Shown here: piece by piece, positions 38,931 to 52,878 of the stretch
Layout of the letters: every line of letters begins with the position of its first letter
How positions within the stretch are numbered: position 1 is the first letter of the stretch
Assembly: GCF_001194135.2 (NCBI RefSeq)
Contig: NC_068998.1
Coordinates: 53,481,442-53,545,441, forward strand
DNA length: 64,000 bases
Reading direction: 5' to 3'
DNA from: Octopus bimaculoides
Taxonomy: Eukaryota
Position numbers and translations under genes: made by a program
The notes under the pieces: generated by a model
What the model saw: only the letters and a program-made list of their open reading frames with translations
What the model was told of the DNA's origin: nothing
Database searches by the model: none

Positions 38931-41900
38931 TTGGCTTTAAATTCCTACAACCAGCTTGAGAACAGAAATTAATGTTTATACCGTAGTCGCCCGTTACTCT
39001 TCATATAATTTTTTTTTTCGTTTAACGTTTTCAAAATTCTGCAAATTTAGAAAAAAAAAATATTTTACAGTTTCATTTGTTGTTAAATTCCACTGTACGA
39101 TGCCTACCTAATTTTTTCCAATGAATAAAGGTATTGAAAAGTTAAAATATTTTGCACACCTCATCCTTATATTGTTATTGAATATTGCTGTTATACGTGG
39201 GTGCGTTTGCTTCCTATTTTCCTGCATTTACTTCAATCTTGTCATNNNNNNNNNNNNNNNNNNNNNNNNNNNNNNNNNNNNNNNNNNNNNNNNNNNNNNN
39301 NNNNNNNNNNNNNNNNNNNNNNNNNNNNNNNNNNNNNNNNNNNNNTATATATATATATATATATATATATATTAGTGCATTTCCGAATGTTATATCATAG
39401 ATCCACTTGGGCAATTTCGTATTGTGTTGAGTGACCTTTCAAACAATCTGTAGAATGTGCTCCTTTTCTATCAATAATCCCCATTTACAGGCCAGGCACT
39501 TAAATCTCAAATAGGCAGTAGCTTTCTGGTAGTAGGACCTCGACCGTGTCATTATAAATGTAGGCTATATTAGAAAATTAACGAAGATATAGCATGTTGT
39601 ATCATTTTAACTCTTTATCCAATTATAGCTCGGATAATGGTATGAATAACCTGCCTGTAAGCATAATATTCACAGTTAATCCAACAGATAATCGGATTAC
39701 CAGTTTTATTAATTCTCTATTTAAAACGTTCACCGCATATATGTTATTCAATTGATTCCGAAACCCCTGTCTTATATATATATTAAAGGAATTCTATGGA
39801 TTTTTCTCGAAATTGTCACGTGAAATCTATGAAGAGGTTCAGCTCTACGAGATGTTATTACAGTATTAAGACCTTCATATATTAGTGGTGATATCTTTAG
39901 CGTCATCAATGTTCTTTTGTTTGACTGATAAAGGTTAACGACAATTAAAGCAACCCTAGTGTATTACTGTTATTATTTTGTCGAACTGGAGACGTGAGGG
40001 GTGAAATGTAATGTTGAAATCGATGCCATATGAACTCGAAATATAAGGAAATGAGAGACATTTATTGTGTTAATCCATCATTTCTGCCAAGAGCACCGTC
40101 ATTTCAAACATCAAGCAATTTTATTATATGACTGCTTCCATCACTCTCGCAGATTTACGGGAGATAAATCAAATGCATTAAATATCAGTTGTCAAAAAGA
40201 AGCGAACCCTTGATTCTTCATAACTAGTTTTGAAGGGATGACAGTCATGGAATCATACTTTTCGAAAAGAATTTGATATTCAATAGAAGAGGAAAACTAT
40301 AATAAAATCTATACATTCACTGCAGTAGCCATTCTGGATCGTTCATGCTGTCACGTATAGAGTAGATCCACATTAAAAACTGAGAACAATAATAACACAA
40401 TTAATGTTTTCTTATTGTTTGTTTAGCGTTCGGTCTTCAAAGAAGGGCCATCCATTTACGAAAGAAAATATTATCCTTCAGAATTTTCAGTGAAGTGTCA
40501 ATCAAACCCTAAAACACAGGATTGGGGATGAAATCACACAATGCTGTGGATATGTCTTGCTACAAAAACGCAGATTTGAAACGTTTTTTTTTTTATAAAT
40601 GTTAATGGCGACTTGCAAACAAACAATCTAGAAAGAATGGATCTTCCAATAACATGTTTGGCGGTTCGTTTCTGAATGCCATAACTTCGTTACAAGATCT
40701 TCAAATAAAGGTACGCTTTTTTTCCGCTAGCAACAAATAGCCGGTATAGAAGTGTTATCATCTCTTTGTGTTATTGAGCGCAACTACAAATCATATATAT
40801 GAGATATAAAGTAGTACAAGTTTTCACAAATAAACCAAAGTGGTGTGATTAACGCAATTCTGTTGGAGCATGGCAATATTCATTTTATCTCTCTCTCTTT
40901 CTCTCACTCTCTCTCTTACTCGAACACACGCACACGCATGCGCGCACACACACACACATACACACACACAGACATTGCGCACGTGCTTACACATGTAAAT
41001 ACAGGAATTGTGATAAGAGACTCATAGATGTACATACAGGCTTCATGTAGTATTCTCACTTCAGCTGCTGTACCAGCGGATGTCGCAACCATACTTGCTT
41101 CTGTATCGGTATAAGCGAACGGATATTTCAGATATACTGTTATATTGTTTGTATATAATTCCAGGCATGTGTGTGTGTGTGTGTGATGTGGTGATGCACA
41201 TTATTCCTCTTGTAGTTACTACTTTCATCTCTTATAGAGATTTTCTAGCTAGCTACTTTACGTTTTATACATACATGCATATATATATATATATATATAT
41301 ACACGGAGGGAGTGGAACAGCCTGACTCTTGGTGTAATAGGAATGAATAACTTGGTAATCAATGTAAAGAAACTGGGAAGGGTAGGAATTCAGCTGAAGA
41401 ACCATTTTACGGTTCGTTCACCGCTTCACAGAGAATTATGTTTCCGTCCGCATCCGATGCTACTGCTCATCCGCTATAAAAATGCACCCATAAATTACAC
41501 TAGCAATCAGGCGGATAAGCAACATTGCGCATTCATGTTTTGATCGTTCGCTATTAACTAAACAATTATCATTCTGTGCACAACACAGAAAGTCTCACTG
41601 TGGAACTTATAAGAATTTAAACAATTTCTTCCTGTATTACTGATGAGAAACAAGACGAAGGAATGAGTTTATTCATTCAAATTTATTTCACTTCTGGTTT
41701 ACGCTGTATTGTGCATAATACACACGTACACACACATGCACTTACGAACGTACCCATATATGTAGGCTTATACATGATTTAGACGGTGATAATTTCTTTA
41801 ACCACGTAGCTTTTCAACAACCCCATAATGAATATTCATTTTCTTCAAATTTTACTCTTACATTTTAAAAAAGCCTGGTGTTTCGAACGTCACGTAATTA

Positions 41901-43055
41901 ATTTGTTTCTAATTCGTTGAAAAAGGAATATCTCATGCATCTGCATACCACATGAAACGCGTTTTCAGGAAAGCGTTACTTAATTGCATAAATCCATATT
42001 TGTGTGAGCTGCTACATGACAAGATGCATCTTGTTCTTTAACCTACGCAAAGCCACCGAAATTTACAAATCATCACATGTTTCACTAGAACTGTTAAGAA
42101 TGTCAGGTAAATCCACATTAGATAATGAGACGTTCTAGAGAAAAGCGCACGTTTTTAGGGTTACTCGCATCTACTTAGTTCCTCATTAAAAACTATCGTT
42201 TTCAAATGTAATCTTCTCTGAATATATATATGTGTGTGCGTTTGTTTGCATGTATGTGTGTGGGGGTATATATATACACATAGACAGATAAATAGATAGA
42301 TAGATATTTGTTAAGTATATAATGATGTCTTTGATATTACAAAATGAACTTTTGCATTTAATTTGCTTAAATTTGTGACATTCAGTGATGTTGCTATTTG
42401 TAAGTTGTTTCTTTTTCTATGGTAATTATAAATATTTTTACGTGATATAATATAACTCAGCATTAGCAAAACTAAAATTCTGTTTCTACTGCACATATGT
42501 TATTTCGGTATACATCACATGAAAATCGTAACGACGAGGTGTTGTTTTCATGTTGCGGCAAATTGATTCAGTCTATTTCCAAGTATATATCATGATATCT
42601 AACCAGTCAATGAAAATCTTATGACATCAATAATTGTTGTTTAGTAACCATGTAGATATTCTCCAGTATGTAAAATACAAACGGACAAAAATATAATTAT
42701 CTTAACTCAATCTGTGAGGGAGATAACATTTTGGAAACCATATGGGAGAATAATTCTAGAAATATATTCTCCATAAAACAATGTTAAAAATAATTGTATT
42801 TCTATTATATTATACATTACAGCAACATTCGTCCTAAACCAAGACTGCGATGTTATGTTGACAAACAATCTTTACTGTAATCTCAATCCACTTCTATCTC
42901 ATCTCTGTCTGTCTGTCTGTCTCCCTCCATCTCTCTCTCTCTATATATATATATATGTATATATATGTGTGTTTTTGTATGTGTGCGCGTGCGTGTCTGT
43001 GTAAACCTTACATACATATGTGTACGTGTGTGTATATATCATACATATGTGTATG

Positions 43056-43126
<71 letters not shown>

Positions 43127-43320
43127 ACAGACAGACACAGATAGAGAGAGTAATAAAATATATAATTATAATTAATTATAATTGCAATAGAGCGCACACG
43201 AAGCGCCTCCTAGCTAGAAAGTGAAGCTGAATCCTCAGGTAAACCACCGAATTACAGTAAAGGCGTTATGAATTTGCGCGGTAGAATTCAGAACACCGCG
43301 GATTTCAACGAGATGAGTTC

Positions 43321-43373
43321 GCTTGCTGAGGAGAGATAAGGCAGTAGCCAGAACTCGAAATCATGATCTAAGT
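43321..43373 (+). ncRNA. Type I hammerhead-like fold with intact core
   Basis: GCTTG-CTGAGGA-GAG..GGC agta GCC..CTC-GAAA-TCATGA-TC-TAAGT; may instead be a chance product of a decayed type B SINE. Confidence 0.35.
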
Positions 43374-44167
43374 ATTATCCGATTCTTCATTCTACAGCTT
43401 TGGTCTGACATGATTTTGATAATCTTTACTCATTTGCCCGATTTCTGTTGATCTCTTGTGTATTTCAGTAGAAATCATTGGTTTGCTCCAGGAGCAAGTA
43501 GGGGTCTCCTGTGCGCTCTCTTTTAATTATGGTTGATTATAATTCTAAATTTTATTCTCTACCTATTTAACGCTATTATTACTTGCTACCACCTATACTT
43601 TTGTTATTATATATGTTTGTATGTGTATATATATTGTATAAATATATACAGATGTATATGTATACGCACACACGTGTGTGCACGCGCGTGCGTGTGGGAT
43701 GTTAGCAAACGTTTAAACGTAAATGTAAAATCGAAAAGTGAAGATCAGTCTCCCTTGAAATTAGAAATAGCGGCTTTGAGCATTTCGTAGGTGTCTCACT
43801 AATTGTTACGAATAACAAACATTAAAAGGATAATTATTCTACGTGTGCAGACATTGTCAACGTATGAAGATATAATGTATTAATGGAATGGTGAGTTTTT
43901 GCCACTTGTATTTATTTATTACGTCAATTGTCATATCGTAATCCTCCCATGTAATTTTGTATTGTTTTTAGTAAGGTGTGAAAACTAATTTCATCTAGTC
44001 GAAGTCTATTGTGAGATCTTATTATTGTTTCCTCACTTCGTCATTTTTCTTGAATCTTACAGTATTTGTGTAGAGGCATGTCTCTCTTGCACTCCCAGTT
44101 TTCTTGTCCACAGTCTCTGGTTCCTTGCCTGTGTGTAATTCGTCTCTCTCTCTCTCTTTCTACTTCT

Positions 44168-44201
<34 letters not shown>

Positions 44202-44242
44202 CACACACATACGTATATATATATTTATATATATACACATAC

Positions 44243-44283
<41 letters not shown>

Positions 44284-47200
44284 CGTATATATATATATAT
44301 ATAATATGCATACAAATATATATATATAAGGATAACATTATTATTATAAGATAATAATAATAAACTATGCTGGAACATAGATGTAGCATGCCCAGCTGAC
44401 AAACGAGAAAAAGCCTTCGTTTTCGTTTGATATCAAGAAATATTTGCCATGCTAGTGTGGCCGATTTGCCGAAAGTTTGAAAGTGGCCAATGATTTCTCG
44501 CCAATTGTACATCGGCTCCATTCGGCGAATAAAAAATAAAACTCATAATTTTGTCATGTACAACGACCAAAAGAAAATATTTGCAATTGAGAAAGCAATG
44601 CAAACAGTTTCTTTGATACAATCAGAAGATGGCCAGGAATGCGATAATATACATCTAACAATATTTTAGCTGCCATTTTGGGAATTTCGTCAGATTTAAG
44701 CATATTTTTTTTTTTTGTTATCTCTTTCAATTTTCGGCCTGCAAAAGATATAAGAACTGACACTTGTCTATATTTTTCTGAAGTTTGACACTTTTAGCGA
44801 AGGTCTATTATATGTATGTCGTGTGTACGTTTATTATGTGTACGTGGTGCGCGCTTCTGTGTGCCATTGTGTGCATGTATGTGTCTACGTGGGTATGTAT
44901 ATATATATATATATANNNNNNNNNNNNNNNNNNNNNNNNNNNNNNNNNNNNNNNNNNNNNNNNNNNNNNNNNNNNNNNNNNNNNNNNNNNNNNNNNNNNN
45001 NNNNNNNNNNNNNNNCTACGCTACGTAAACTGAATACATACCAGTTGTATACTGGTGTCCATACATCTATTGCTTTCCCCTTCAGCTCTACGTAGTCTGT
45101 TATGTGTAATGTGCAGCAATTATTTTACAGTCTCTCCACTTTGATTGGAATCGCCAAGTTGTTTCTCGCTGCGTACTTGAAACCAGAAACCAATAGTATA
45201 CGGGTTTGGAACTTCACTTATGCAACGACTTTAATAATGGATCTTGAAGCCATAAAGTAGCTGTTACTTAACCAAGAATTTTAACTAAAAGCAATCTACA
45301 AACTGATGGTCCGTTTGAAATATAATCCATTAAAAGTAAAGTAGTAATTGTCATAAATTGAACCGTTTCCTTTGGGGACATTTTTGGAATTACAGCTGGA
45401 TTGCTGTAAATATCTGGCTTTTTATCGTCCTTTTCCAAACACAATTTAATTTAGCATCCAGTAGATTAGCCAAACATTGGATTAGGTTACCACATCGATA
45501 GCGTCTTCATACACACTGCTAAACCGTCAAGACAAGGATTGTTCGGGCAGTCAATGTAAATGCACTCAAACAATCTTTAACTAAGCAGATTAAAACTAAC
45601 GACATTGTCAGTGACTGTCGCCTCAGCGAGAGTAATGTTATATCAGCGTGGTAATGAGTTGGGGAGCTTTTCCTCAGATTTGCTATTGATTGATAACATT
45701 TTCTGCGAAACTTCATTATAAAACAGTTCCACTTTACAGTTGTACAAGTGTAAAACAAAAATGTTTGCACAAAGCTATTTAGTTAGCCGTTGAAAAATCT
45801 CTAATTGAAGATGACATTCCAGTCTGTATATGGTGTTATTTGGCATCTGAAATCAACTAAAACCATCTAAAGTTTTCAGTATTCAATAATGGATGTCTTG
45901 TTAATTGTAAAAGCTAACAATTAACACTTAAAGTTTTTTTTTCTTTATTGGCAAAATGTCAATTTTGTATTGTTTTACTTTATTCGTTTCCTGTTTTCTT
46001 TAAATACAAAATTGTCATTGTCTTTTTTAAAATATTGAAATGTATTTGGTTAAGTGAGTAGACAGTTGTGTGGGTTTTTTTAAATGCAAGACCACTTGCT
46101 AGTTGTTTAAGGTGTTCACGCGGTTATGTTTAATATATATTTCATAATTCTTAAATGTATCTCTTGAGATTTTCTATAGAGCTCTGAGTTAGTACTGCAT
46201 GTTCCGACGTTTCGTTTACGAATTTGATAAAAATGAAAACATCATAGTACAAACGAAAGGCAAGGAACACTAACCGCTTGTAAACCTTTAATATATATGG
46301 TCATCTATTATTGCTGCCTATTCGTATTTTATAACATACGATTAAATAAATGTAAATATTCTAATCGTCATATTCTGTAAATAAGTTACCAGTTGCGTTT
46401 CTGGAATTACTTCTGCAAGACTTCATTAATATTACAGAGTACTCGAACCACTGATAGCTTTACATTAGAAGCTCATTAATATCATAGGCTTTTTTGATAA
46501 CCAATATTCAGACGATGACAGGGGAGATAATTTTAAGAGAACATTAGATTTGTTACGAGAATAGAAGGATAAAAACATCATTGAATCATGCGTACATAAT
46601 GACATCATTCGAACAATTTGTTGGAGGTAGAATAAATTCTGTCAACTATACTGGAAAACAAAAACATCTCCCACGACAGGTAAAGTTAATATAATTTACG
46701 CAATAGTTTATCTCCAAAATAAACATATTCACTCTTCAGTATTTTTAATGTTTCAGTGGTTCAAACTTTTCAGCCTATTTGCTGCGTGGCGGGAGTGAGA
46801 TGTGTAGCGATTGAATGTATTAGTGAGGGGAGGTGAGAAACCACTGATTATGCAAAGGTAGACTGTTTTCATATCGAATCAGATATGTGATCAGCCACAA
46901 TACTTTGCAATACGTTTCTAAAAATAGATATAATTTTAAATAATCTAGTTTTGCAATGATATAGCAGATCTGTATCGCTGTTTACATATTTCTCTCCATA
47001 GATCAGGCTTAGGAAAAATACTATTAAATTGCAACTTTTTAGATATAGTCATTTAATAGATTATATCATCGATCTCGACTGCAGTGCATTGATTTATATT
47101 ACTTCGGGAATACATCGTTTAGATAAGAGAGCACGAATTAAAATGATTAAAGTTTAAGGAATATAGATAAGTATGTCTGTTTTAGTAAGTTTATTGTAGC

Positions 47201-47406
47201 TTGGCAGTTTATGCGCGTGTGTGTATTGGCTGTCACAAGCATATACATATAGAAATGCAAGCACAAACGCACTCACACACACACACACACACACGTCTGT
47301 GAGTGTATACATAAACGCAAACATGTTTATACAAAAACGCATATATATATATATATATATATATAATATCTGTAAATATAATATGTGACAATTATTCGGT
47401 AGCCAT

Positions 47407-47467
47407 GATAAAACTCCTATTTTCGGATGTCAGGGCGGAAACCTACGCCGCTATCTCTTCAGTTATC
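47407..47467 (-). ncRNA. Type I hammerhead-like motif, probable Penelope-like terminus
   Basis: Reverse complement GATAA-CTGAAGA-GAT..GGCG..CGCC..ATC-C-GAAA-ataggag-TT-TTATC; stem I 5/5, stem III unpaired in this copy. Confidence 0.5.
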
Positions 47468-48665
47468 GGGCCATCGAAAAAAATGCTATGAAAATGACAG
47501 TTAAACAAAGGAAAATTACTGTGTCACTGATCGTTAAGACAAAAAGAGTTATTAGAATGAGCGCTAAGTAAGGGGAGGGAGTAAATGTAAGGGAGTAAAA
47601 GTGTTAATAGTAATCGCGTGAGCGCGCATGTCCATACATACATGCGCGACCGCTCGTCCACGTACATGCGCCTATGTGTATATACTCATCCATCGTCACA
47701 TGAAACGTTTATTATGGCTGGAAGAATACAATAAAACTTATAAAGTTAGAATGAGCAAATGGGATAGCATATATTGAGACATTTAAAGTGATTTTATCGA
47801 TAGACATTTAAAAAGAAACGCAGCATCATCTTAGTTTGTCTACATGAAAGAAAAAAACCCACGAAAGAATAAAGGGTACGCTAATACAGACACATGCACG
47901 CACAAACACACACACACATACATACAGATGCAGATATTCACAAACATATATATGTATATGGCATTTTTAAGGCAGCACATAAATGTTTATGTATGTATAG
48001 ATCTATATGTAAGTATATATATATATGTGTGTTTATAGGTATGTATATATAGAGGGATGTGCGCATGTGTGTGTAATGTATTTGCATTTATTTCTTAGAC
48101 ATATATTTATGATATTCGACGAAGTGATTCATTTTAGTTATTTGTAAAGTCAGCTTCTATTTCGTTTCGTCTTTAAATGTTTAATTGAAATGTCAGATAA
48201 TAGAATACAATCTCTGCATCATGTTGAACTTTCAATTATCTCTGATTTTACACAAAAACGTTAAAGAAAAAAATTTAAACTAAACTCGAACAATACATAA
48301 GAGTATAGACATCTAAGTTCGTTTTCTTTCCCTGAAATGTGTGAAGGAAACCTTCGGAAGGTTCTGAAATACTTAATAATATTGATGCTTTATCTAAGAC
48401 GATATGATTTTAAGAATTGGAATTTATTGTTATTCGTTTACAAGTACGTAATAACAATCATATACAAACATACAAAACCGAGAAATAATGGCAGTTGTGT
48501 GATTCGTATGGATGTACAGACAAAAGAAAAGCATCAATTTATTTGAAATTTCTATAAACCTACATTTTCCTCTATTTCAAAATTAAGTTTAACCTTCTTA
48601 AAATATAGTAGACACATATGTATTTACTGTGCAATAGATATCTACAATGTAGCTAATATTTCGAA

Positions 48666-48865
48666 AGGCAAAATAGTTAGAATGCCGGATAAAATGCTTA
48701 TCCGAGTTTTGTCCGTCTTTACTTTCTGAGTTCAAATTGGACTGAGATCTACGTTCCCTTCTACCCTTTCGGATCGATAAAATAAGTACGGGTTGCGAAT
48801 GGTGATTTAACCGACTTACCCCTCTCCCGAAATTGCCCTTGTTCCAACAAATTCCAAACTAATAT
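48666..48865 (+). mobile_element. Decayed SINE type B
   Basis: gccggataaaatgctta...tctgagttcaaatt...ccctttcggatcgataaaataagtac. Confidence 0.7.
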
Positions 48866-48877
48866 AAGAGATACAAG

Positions 48878-49093
48878 GGCGGCGAGCTGGCAGAAAGGTT
48901 AGCAGGCCGGGTGAAATGCTGAGCGGTATTTCGTCTGCAACTACGTTCTGAGTTCATACTCGGCCGAGGTCGACTCTGCCATTCGGGGTCGAGTAAATAA
49001 GTACCAGTTACGCACTGGGGTTGATGTAATCGAATTAAACCATTTGTCTGTCCCTGTTTGTCTCCCTGTGTGCAATAAATAAATAAATAAATA
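48878..49093 (+). mobile_element. SINE type B
   Basis: ggcggcgagctggcagaaaggttagc...gagttcatactcggccgaggtcgac...(AAAT)n tail. Confidence 0.9.
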
Positions 49094-49769
49094 TTAGAGC
49101 CATTCAGAAGAGAGGTCAGAAGAGAGGATGTTATATCCTAACTTACACTGAAAACATTAGCGGGCTTTTCTGGGTGCATTCGGCTCGAAAACAAACAAAC
49201 GCGGGTAAACAGAAACATAGAATGGCAAACTCGACTGGTATACGAGTGAGAACGCTGTTTCCCATGTTTCCCATTTCCATTTCAATTCTATGGTCTTCTA
49301 TGTACATGTATTACTTGTTCTGGAAAATGACGTTTCAATCCTACGCATACAGATTTCTTCAACACAAACGCTCCAGGGCGCCATAGCTCAGGTTCTCTAC
49401 GCAGGTCAATGAATGAGCTCGGTGTCATGTATGTTTAGAGTTTATTAGTTATAATTTCAACGAATGTAAACAAATGTGTATTTGTGTTATAATGCTTCAT
49501 GGTTTCCTGCTCCCAAACGTCTGATGTTTATCGCATCCGACTTGTGATACACAATTCTGATGTTATCTTATATTTGGTAAGATATGCTACATAAAATCTG
49601 AAATATATAATGCATATATTTTTATATTCTCATATCTTCTATTATGATTTGATTTGTGGTTGATGGGCTGCAGAGGAGATAACTGCATCGTGCTATTTAA
49701 AATATGAATGTATAATCTGTATTGTCTTATCAGTACCGGTTTTTCAGGACAATAATGAATGATGATTGT

Positions 49770-49915
49770 AACTTGAAGGTGATGGCGATGATGATGATGA
49801 TGATGATGATGTCGAAGAGGGCGATCATAATAATGCTGATGACGATGGTGATGATGATGTTGAAGAGGGCGATTATAATGATAATGATGGTGATGGTGAT
49901 GATGATATGCTTCTC
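49770..49915. repeat. Degenerate (GAT)n array with duplicated gatgatgtygaagagggcgat unit
   Basis: Directly visible; (CAT)n-like degenerate block follows at 50030-50185. Confidence 0.85.
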
Positions 49916-50374
49916 GAGATTTCATCCACTGCTTGATTGTTGTGAATGAAACTTGATTCAATAAATGTCTTATGTATTCTTCATCCCCAATATTCTTATA
50001 AGTCACCAACAAATCAACAGAATTTTTATTATCATGAGCATCGCCTGCATCATCATAATCTGCGTCACAAGCAACATCATTGCCCAGCTCTTCAGCATCT
50101 TAATCGTCTTCTCGTGCTGACAATATTAAACCGAGTCTGCGACATTAACATCGCTGCGTCTCTTCAAAAACTCAGACGGTGATAATTTATTATTTATTTA
50201 CTTTACGTTTATTTATCGATATGCCTGAATTACTTCACTTCTCTTGGACACTCGCATTATAAAGTCTGGATAAATATCCAGACAAATTACCCAATCACTT
50301 CTTACCTATCTCTCTATCAACCCAATCTCTCTATCAACCCAATCTCTCTCTCTCTTTAAATATACACGCGTACG

Positions 50375-50416
<42 letters not shown>

Positions 50417-51440
50417 CATACATATATGTGTGCATATTTGGATCTATATACGTATTTGTTATATATATATATATATATATATGTATGTACACACGCATAT
50501 ACAAATATATACCTACCTACATACCTACAAACACGCTCACACACATATATATCCATTCCTGTTGATCTCTTTATCTACCATTCTTTCTCTTTCACATTTT
50601 TTTTCACCCGGTCGTTACCGCTAATATCATCATTATATCTCGTCTATATTATGTTTTCGACAGCGCTAGACGGATGTTCCAATCTTAAAGCAGCGTATTA
50701 ATTTCAAAGAAATATCAAAACTGTCCAATAAAACTGATTAAAGCAATATAGTGAAGATCAAAGACTTCTGTTTTTTTTTTCTTTATTGTCCTCATAGATA
50801 ACCCTACTCTCTCATCTAATTCTTTTCGTTGTATTGTAACCTGTACACTCAGACCTCACAAAGAAACAAGGCATCGATTATGTAAATGTGAACGAAGTGT
50901 AGCGTTAAATTTTCTTTTTCTTTTGTATTTATTTTCTGTGTATCGTAACCTCTCACAGCTTTATAAGTCTCATTATGAAAGTCTTGTCACCATTCAATTG
51001 AAATTCGTGAGTAAGAAAAGAAAGACGCGATGGAGAGGAGGGCGGTTCATTTTCGGTTTGCTTGAGAACATTTTGCCCGGGAACGTTCGCTGTGGTGAAA
51101 TGCTGTGTTCTGTAGAGTACAGTACGCTCAGAATCTAATCTGATATGACCAGGGAAGCTGCAGAGAGGAGGGGTGTATGGAGAGAAAGGAAAGAAAGCGG
51201 CTCACTTTTTTCTGACTTTGGTATTATGTGCAGATGCCAGGCCAAAAGTGGCTTAATATAAGACTCCCTCAAGACCCACAAAGTATAAAGATGACACTTT
51301 GGTCAATATCAGAGATATGAAGTTTCATGTTCTGATAACAGAAATGCTTATTGTTTCTAGCTTTCTGCATATACATGTATGTATACGTGTGTGTGTGTGT
51401 GTATGTGTGTGTGTGTATATATATAGATATGTGTGTGTGC

Positions 51441-51507
<67 letters not shown>

Positions 51508-51515
51508 TGTGTGTA

Positions 51516-51576
<61 letters not shown>

Positions 51577-52470
51577 ACATACACATATTTATTAACAGAC
51601 ACCATCATCAAATATTTGTTATGCGAATATAGTCATCTGCTCCACCATATGCATGCATCTCCTCTTCCTCCTCATCCTGCTCCGCTTCTTCATCCTCATC
51701 ATCATCACAGCTTGGATTTTAACCCTGTCTAAGTAAGATATATATATGCTCACATACGGGAATATTTATGTAAAGATATGTATGTGTGTGCCTCTGTGTG
51801 TGCGTGGTTTTAGTAGGGACCTAGTTTATCAAGCTATCGAAGATCTTGTTTGCCAGTCTGTGTGTGTCTGTGATTGTATTAAATTCGTCTGCTTCTCAGT
51901 CTAAATCGGAAGCCAACAATCTTTCTCATGTATTGTGTCAACATCAGCAACCTTTACAAAGCAGACATGTCAAACGTTGATTAATCCACTTTACAATACC
52001 TATTCTTACCTATCACCGAACACTTTCATAACTATTTTATTTATTTTTCTTTCGTTATTATTCATCGCAATATTTTGTTTTTTCCTTAATATTCTCTTTT
52101 CCTTTAGCTTTCTCCATATCATTTAACTCTTTTGATTATTTCAGAAATGTAATGTCAGTTTTAGTTATATATTCTATGCAATATTTACCATTGAACAATA
52201 TAGATTATTATCGTTCTCTGACAGCTCCACATCGTGTTACACTGAACTGGAATCCACGATGTCAGTATAAGTATTACCAAAATCTACTACTGCCTGAACT
52301 TGTTGGAGAGAAAATTATCAAGAAGAAAGTAACAAGAAAAAAATATCGAATGCTGAAGAACGTATTGATTACGTAATCCCAGGAAAGAATTCATTTTCAG
52401 CAATTATAAAGACACATTTTTCATACAAGATAGACGATTTTATATTAAACCAATATTAGGATTTTAATTG

Positions 52471-52685
52471 AGGCTGCCAACTGACGGAACCCTTAGCACG
52501 TCGAGCAAATTGTTCAGCGAAATTTCTTCCGACTTAACGTCTAGAGTTCAAATGCCACCGAGGTCGACTTTGCATTTCATACTTTTGAGGTAGGTAACAG
52601 TTGAAAACTGGGGGGGTCGATGTAATCGACTTACGTCATCACCGGAATCTGCTGGTCTTGCAACAAAATTGGAAGCCAATTAGGA
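52471..52685 (+). mobile_element. Decayed SINE type B
   Basis: ttagcacgtcgagc...gagttcaaatgccaccgaggtcgactttgcatttcat...gggtcgatgtaatcgac. Confidence 0.8.
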
Positions 52686-52694
52686 TTCTAATTA

Positions 52695-52878
52695 AGGGGT
52701 TTGGCTGGAAGAATCGTTTAGCACCCCGGGCAAAATGCTTAGCGGCATTTCTTTGTTCAAATGACACTGAGGTTCACCTTGCCTTTCAGCCTTTCGGGGT
52801 CGATAAAATAAGATGATCACTGGGGTACATGGATTTAACCCCTGCTGCCCCTATGCCAATTGTTGAAACCAATATTAT
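52695..52878 (+). mobile_element. Decayed SINE type B, internally deleted
   Basis: gaatcgtttagcaccccgggcaaaatgcttagcggcatttc...ccttgcctttcagcctttcggggtcgataaaataag. Confidence 0.8.

Noticed and set aside
44480-44680. CCAAT and GCCATTTT motifs
   Set aside because: Common short motifs, not tightly clustered
49770-49930. Acidic D/E-rich frame (EGDGDDDD..VEEGD)
   Set aside because: In-frame TAA lies between it and the upstream acceptor; explained by (GAT)n decay
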